A stretch of 64,000 nucleotides of DNA from positions 12,031 to 76,030 of the forward strand of contig JAFRXM010000024.1 in assembly GCA_017443515.1 (NCBI GenBank), in the 5' to 3' direction. The position numbers were made by a program, and so were the translations under genes. The DNA comes from Bacillota bacterium (GTDB lineage: Bacteria; Bacillota; Clostridia; Peptostreptococcales; Anaerovoracaceae). Below the pieces are notes generated by a model. That model did not search any database, was not told the DNA's origin, and saw only the letters and a program-made list of their open reading frames with translations. Below, in pieces: positions 59,923 through 64,000 of this stretch. Numbering within the stretch: position 1 is the first letter of the stretch; each line of letters opens with the position of its first letter.

Positions 59923-61329
59923 CTACCAGGCGGCTTTTGTTATTTCTGCGTCCTGCCAGGTGCTTGTATAATCGTCTCCCAGCCAGTACATATCTGCCCC
60001 CATTATACTGCTTGAAAGCCTGGTATAATACTTCAGGCCATCCGCGGTAAACACCGCGAGACAAAAGCCGTCATTATACGCCATATGATTCACATCGTCC
60101 TTCCTTTCAGCAGGATACTCATAATTGCGGCTGATCACCGCAGCACGTCCTTTTTCGAAGGCAACATACTGGATCACACCCTCGATCCTCATTCTGATCT
60201 GCGGATCGATACTGTATGCAGGGAAGGTCTCCATCGCGTATCTTTCGCCTTCCTGGTAAATGCAGTACAGTGCTTTCGACGGGCTGTACACCGCCATACA
60301 GCTGTCAGACGGACGGAACTCAAGATGTCTGAGTTCGTTTTGCATATCCACGCTGAACCCCTGCGTATAACCGTCCGAGTACCTCAATACAGTCACGCGA
60401 CCGGTCGCGCTGTCGCCGTCCGAAGACCACACTGCCATGGCGCGGCCGCTGTCGAACTCGCCTGCGCTGTAGATCATTTCACCGTCTTTTGTTTCATACA
60501 CAAGCTCTGCCTTATCCACAAGCGGAGCATACTCTATGCGCTGTGAACTGATGAATTCCGGCTCATCCAGCTTTCCGAAAGGCACCCTCCAGATCCCGTT
60601 TTTCAGGGAGGTCCTGTAGTACGACGGAACATTGACCATCAGGTAGAAGTTTCCGTCTCGGTATATGCTTTTCATGCTGATATAGGGGTCATCGATCATG
60701 GTCTTGGGATCGCCGTTCAGATAAAAGCTTGTCTGGCCGGAACTGCTGCTTTCCGATATCTTCTCCACTTTAAGGCGTACCCACAGCTCGTCAGGCACTT
60801 CAAGTCTGAAAAGTTCCGAGAACTTCCCGTAAAGGCTGCTGTCATCGCCGCTCTCAAGATGTCCGTTGTAACCATTGACATGCCATTGGACACGCGGATA
60901 GATGACAGAAACGACATCCTTAAGGCGGAAGTCTCTGACGGCTGATTCTCCCGGTTGGAGACTTGCTACGACAGGTGACTCAAAATCGTAGAACTGCAGA
61001 GTCGACTCGGGATCCGCGTACACACTGAACTCACAGGCAGCCTCGTACTGCTGCTCTGTCTGGTTGAAATATTCGCTCTTCGCGCCGCAATCTGCTCCGT
61101 CGGCGCCGAAAACCACAGTTGCGTTCCACCCGAGCCTGTTGGCGGTCATCTTCGTGTATTCGACCTTCAGGCCTTCTGCGGCCGCAGGGTCGCCGAAGCT
61201 GTCGTAAAGGCTGAAACTGACATCATCAGCTGCCTTAAGAATGCTGCGCGAACCGGATACGACTCCGGCAATGGCTGCTGCCGCAAGCACTATGCTGAGT
61301 ATCAGCGCTATATGCTTCTTACCACTCAT
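59923..61329 (-). CDS. N-terminally anchored extracytoplasmic protein, unknown function (module copy 1)
   Basis: MSGKKHIALILSIVLAAAAIAGV... then about 440 aa with no recognised motif. It is a distant paralog of 62061-63569. I chose the start that gives the same 11-nt overlap with the upstream gene in both modules. Confidence 0.5.
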   Translation of the reverse strand: MSGKKHIALILSIVLAAAAIAGVVSGSRSILKAADDVSFSLYDSFGDPAAAEGLKVEYTKMTANRLGWNATVVFGADGADCGAKSEYFNQTEQQYEAACEFSVYADPESTLQFYDFESPVVASLQPGESAVRDFRLKDVVSVIYPRVQWHVNGYNGHLESGDDSSLYGKFSELFRLEVPDELWVRLKVEKISESSSSGQTSFYLNGDPKTMIDDPYISMKSIYRDGNFYLMVNVPSYYRTSLKNGIWRVPFGKLDEPEFISSQRIEYAPLVDKAELVYETKDGEMIYSAGEFDSGRAMAVWSSDGDSATGRVTVLRYSDGYTQGFSVDMQNELRHLEFRPSDSCMAVYSPSKALYCIYQEGERYAMETFPAYSIDPQIRMRIEGVIQYVAFEKGRAAVISRNYEYPAERKDDVNHMAYNDGFCLAVFTADGLKYYTRLSSSIMGADMYWLGDDYTSTWQDAEITKAAW

Positions 61330-62059
61330 TTCCGGCCTCCTCCGCTTCTTCATGTTCTGTTATGATGATGTTAGACCTCAACACCGAAATGAAGCCGAGC
61401 ACGAACACAGCAATGGCTGAAGCGATCACAACATGCAGGGTGCGCCCATAGGTATTCACTGCCGAGACCATGATCCCGACATATACTATCACTATGGTCA
61501 CAGACAGCCCGGCGAAAACAGAATACCTGCGTCTTACGCTGCCACTGGCTGCACCTATCGAAAGAAGCACCGTCAGCAGTATATGGCTCACCGCCATCGA
61601 CGCGTCCTTCAGCGGTATGATATACAGAAGCGCACTTTTTGCGCAAAGCTCCGTCATCACGCCCTGCGGGCTTACGGCAGATCCGGCCCGCGATGTGTAC
61701 ATGTGCGCTGCGATCAGCAGCGCCAGCACCTGAAAGCCCCAGAATATCAGGAACATCAGGATGTTGTGGATCACGTTCAGCCAGTATACCTTCTTTTCCG
61801 ACGTCTGCAGCATGCGCACCCTGTAGGAAAAGCCCGACCCCTTTGACGACGGTCCGAACAGCGCGAAATACAGCGCCGCGCATGCCGCAACGGATATGAA
61901 GAACAGCACGCTGCCCGCCGCGTAAAGGCTTGACGGCGCCTTTCTGAAATAAAGCGCCGAATACGCCGCCTCTGCAGCCAGCATCACCGCTGATATTATC
62001 AGCGCCCTGGGCAGATTGCGCTTCGAATAGTATTCAAGTACAGATAAAACTTGTTTCAT
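61319..62059 (-). CDS. six-helix integral membrane protein (ABC-2/lantibiotic-immunity-permease-like shape), module copy 1
   Basis: 246 aa. The MKQVLSVLEYYSKRNLPRALIISAVML N-terminus and about 6 TM segments resemble ABC-2 permeases. There is no ATPase in the window. Confidence 0.4.
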   Translation of the reverse strand: MKQVLSVLEYYSKRNLPRALIISAVMLAAEAAYSALYFRKAPSSLYAAGSVLFFISVAACAALYFALFGPSSKGSGFSYRVRMLQTSEKKVYWLNVIHNILMFLIFWGFQVLALLIAAHMYTSRAGSAVSPQGVMTELCAKSALLYIIPLKDASMAVSHILLTVLLSIGAASGSVRRRYSVFAGLSVTIVIVYVGIMVSAVNTYGRTLHVVIASAIAVFVLGFISVLRSNIIITEHEEAEEAGNEW

Positions 62060-62060
62060 C

Positions 62061-63569
62061 TCAGTTCCATCTCTGGTCTATCCAGTAACTGTCGTATGTC
62101 GAAGGATTCAATGTGTGGTCGTGTATGTGCGTGTAATACGCACCAGACGGATGTATATACGGATCATCCTTAAGGCTGCTGGTCCAGGCTCCGTAATACT
62201 GCAGGCCATCCTCTGTGTATACGGAGAGCCTGACTCCGCTGAAGCGGATCGCACCGTAGGGATCGTCGAGCTGCACTTTATAAAGCGGGCCTGCAACTGC
62301 CAGCCTTTTTCCATCAAAGGCCGCGCTCATGTATTCATACTGGCTGCTCATGTACTCATACTGGCCCTTGTCGAGTTCCAGGTCTTCCTCCGTCTCCGGG
62401 AAATCAAATGTATGACAGGTCCCGTCCGCAGCCCTTTGCACCACGATCCAGCGTTCGCCGGGTATGCGCAGAGCATTGTAGTCATTGTAGAAATGCACCT
62501 GCATGAAGGACAGATCCTGGCTTTCGTATTTCCCCGGGTCCGGATAAGTACCAAGTTCCAGCACCTGAAGATCGTTTGTCTCCGGGCCACCAAGAACATA
62601 TTCCTTCAAAGCGCCGTCCTTTGCTGTGATCACTGCCAGCGCCGCAGGGTCGCTCATCATGCTTCCTGCAAACACCTCCTCGCCTTCCTCAAAGGCGCAG
62701 ACCCTGACAGCCTTATTTATCATGGGGATCTCTTCGTGATCGACATCTTCCAAAGGAATGCGGTATATTCCCGGGCCGTCCGTCAGCTTGCAGCCCGCAA
62801 ATTCCGTCTGCATATATACATAGTATGCATCGCCGATCTTAGGCCCGCTGCAGACGACATCGCCTCTGTAGCCATAGCTGTTTATTCCTTCCCAGTTTTC
62901 AAAACGGAATGTCGCATCGTAGTCTGGGGTCCCGTTATTTCCGCTGCGGCTATACACGATCAGCCGTATGACCAAAGTCGCCCCTTTCTGCACCGGGATC
63001 TTAAGGAAGCTGTTTGCATCATCGTTCAGGCTGTCCAGCACTTTGTTCCAACTGTTGTTTTCATCCAAACGGGTCTTCGAATCCCTGGATATGCCGGAAA
63101 TAAAATCTCCGCTGTTACGCTCAGCCCATATGCTTAAGGGCACATATTCTGCGTATTCGGACAGATCTATTTTTAGCGTTTTCACATCCATGTCGTCCTG
63201 CGATGCAGCGGTGCTCTCCACAAGTTCGAGTATCTCCGGGATCTGAAGCACATCGGGATAGAGATACAGGCTGTCTCTGCGGGCAGTGTTTATATATTTT
63301 TGTCTGTAGCTGTGGCTTGTAGTGAACGTGGGGCCTGTCTCCCCGAAATGACCTGTAGTATCCCAGTAAAGGTCCGAACTGCTGGGGAGCTTCATCGTGA
63401 GCTTAAGGCCACTTGCGGCTGCCGGATCGCCGATGCTTTCGACCTGCGTAATTTCCACGGAGCTTGCCGGCTTTAAGACGATGCTGTTTGCAAACGCCGC
63501 TCCGATAATGGCGGCTATTGTAAGAATGACGAGCAGCAGAAGCGCAATGTGCCTTTTCTTAGTTTTCAT
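62061..63569 (-). CDS. N-terminally anchored extracytoplasmic protein, unknown function (module copy 2)
   Basis: MKTKKRHIALLLLVILTIAAIIGA... It shares GDPAAA.GLK near the anchor and DGL.YY....SS near the C-terminus with copy 1. Confidence 0.5.
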   Translation of the reverse strand: MKTKKRHIALLLLVILTIAAIIGAAFANSIVLKPASSVEITQVESIGDPAAASGLKLTMKLPSSSDLYWDTTGHFGETGPTFTTSHSYRQKYINTARRDSLYLYPDVLQIPEILELVESTAASQDDMDVKTLKIDLSEYAEYVPLSIWAERNSGDFISGISRDSKTRLDENNSWNKVLDSLNDDANSFLKIPVQKGATLVIRLIVYSRSGNNGTPDYDATFRFENWEGINSYGYRGDVVCSGPKIGDAYYVYMQTEFAGCKLTDGPGIYRIPLEDVDHEEIPMINKAVRVCAFEEGEEVFAGSMMSDPAALAVITAKDGALKEYVLGGPETNDLQVLELGTYPDPGKYESQDLSFMQVHFYNDYNALRIPGERWIVVQRAADGTCHTFDFPETEEDLELDKGQYEYMSSQYEYMSAAFDGKRLAVAGPLYKVQLDDPYGAIRFSGVRLSVYTEDGLQYYGAWTSSLKDDPYIHPSGAYYTHIHDHTLNPSTYDSYWIDQRWN

Positions 63570-64000
63570 ATGCCGCCTCCTTATTCTCATCCCTGTTGTT
63601 TGCGCGTTCGTGCTGGGCAAAGTACCCTATCCACGCAATGATCATCGCAAACGACGACAGGGCCAGCGCGTAGCTTCCGGCAAGAATGTAGAACTGCGTC
63701 CCAATGGTCAGCACGACTATGATTACCGCCGCAGCCGGGAAGCGCCTGTACATCCTTGCGAATCTGAAGCATGCCGAGCCTATCGAAAGGGACAGCAGCT
63801 CTGCCGCGCAGGTCACCCAGAAGAAGAACCTGTCGGTCGGAAGCATGGCCTGGCCGCCGTGCGCCTGTACAAGAAGGCTGAAGAAGCCCTGCGGCCCGAA
63901 GGTATACTCCGGCAGAGCCGTGCACTTTTTGGCAAGGTACAGGACCAGCATCTGCTGCACAGCCCAGGCGATGACATACACCATGATGTTCACGAATATG
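63559..64000 (-). CDS. integral membrane protein, module copy 2, N-terminus beyond the window
   Basis: It aligns with the C-terminal two thirds of 61319-62059 (VHNIMVYVIAWAVQQMLVL versus VIHNILMFLIFWGFQVLAL). The reading frame stays open to position 64000. Confidence 0.45.
   Translation of the reverse strand, partial: IFVNIMVYVIAWAVQQMLVLYLAKKCTALPEYTFGPQGFFSLLVQAHGGQAMLPTDRFFFWVTCAAELLSLSIGSACFRFARMYRRFPAAAVIIVVLTIGTQFYILAGSYALALSSFAMIIAWIGYFAQHERANNRDENKEAAYEN

Overview
This window looks like 64 kb of chromosome from a GC-rich anaerobic Firmicute. The gene content is Clostridia-like: a SCIFF peptide with its maturase, a split transketolase, a PurO-type IMP cyclohydrolase and a class III ribonucleotide reductase. 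All product names come from reading motifs in the translations. No database search was possible.

Gene content, left to right:
- A purEC-F-M-N-O-H-D purine operon on the minus strand, interrupted by a leucine-rich-repeat (LRR) surface protein and a zur-znuACB operon that ends in a Cys-rich lipoprotein.
- nrdD with NrdR boxes.
- A SufCB-like pair, transketolase halves, an MFS transporter and nrdG.
- A lysine-riboswitch-controlled NhaC-family transporter.
- A TetR-linked corrinoid methyltransferase operon.
- An HTH-Uma2 gene.
- A hadAIBC/fldAIBC-like 2-hydroxyacyl-CoA dehydratase cluster with a divergent TetR.
- A patatin-like protein and a GH25 muramidase.
- A TetR-led operon of two FAD oxidases, a CCG iron-sulfur protein and a CoA-acylating aldehyde dehydrogenase.
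- An IS3 remnant next to a LysR pseudogene.
- Aminopeptidase, cysE, Gx transporter, NusG-II protein, scfB and scfA.
- hicBA and radical-SAM remnants.
- gpx and trxB.
- An orphan glycyl-radical activase beside DUF-type genes.
- A tandemly duplicated two-gene membrane module running off the right edge.

The most unusual signal is not a gene. It is a very dense family of short hairpin repeats, with 16 cores in the window. They share a near-invariant loop, GGGACGGTTCT, but use two different self-complementary stems (GTGACAG/CTGTCAC and GGTGGAG/CTCCACC). Most sit within 20 nt of a stop codon, in a fixed RNA orientation.

Other points worth follow-up:
- An NrdD-glutaredoxin fusion.
- A PurF homolog lacking the N-terminal Cys nucleophile.
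- Paralogous CCSQG lipoproteins.
- The GlcDEF-like flavo-FeS/aldehyde dehydrogenase operon.
- The orphan activase neighbourhood.
- The duplicated terminal module.
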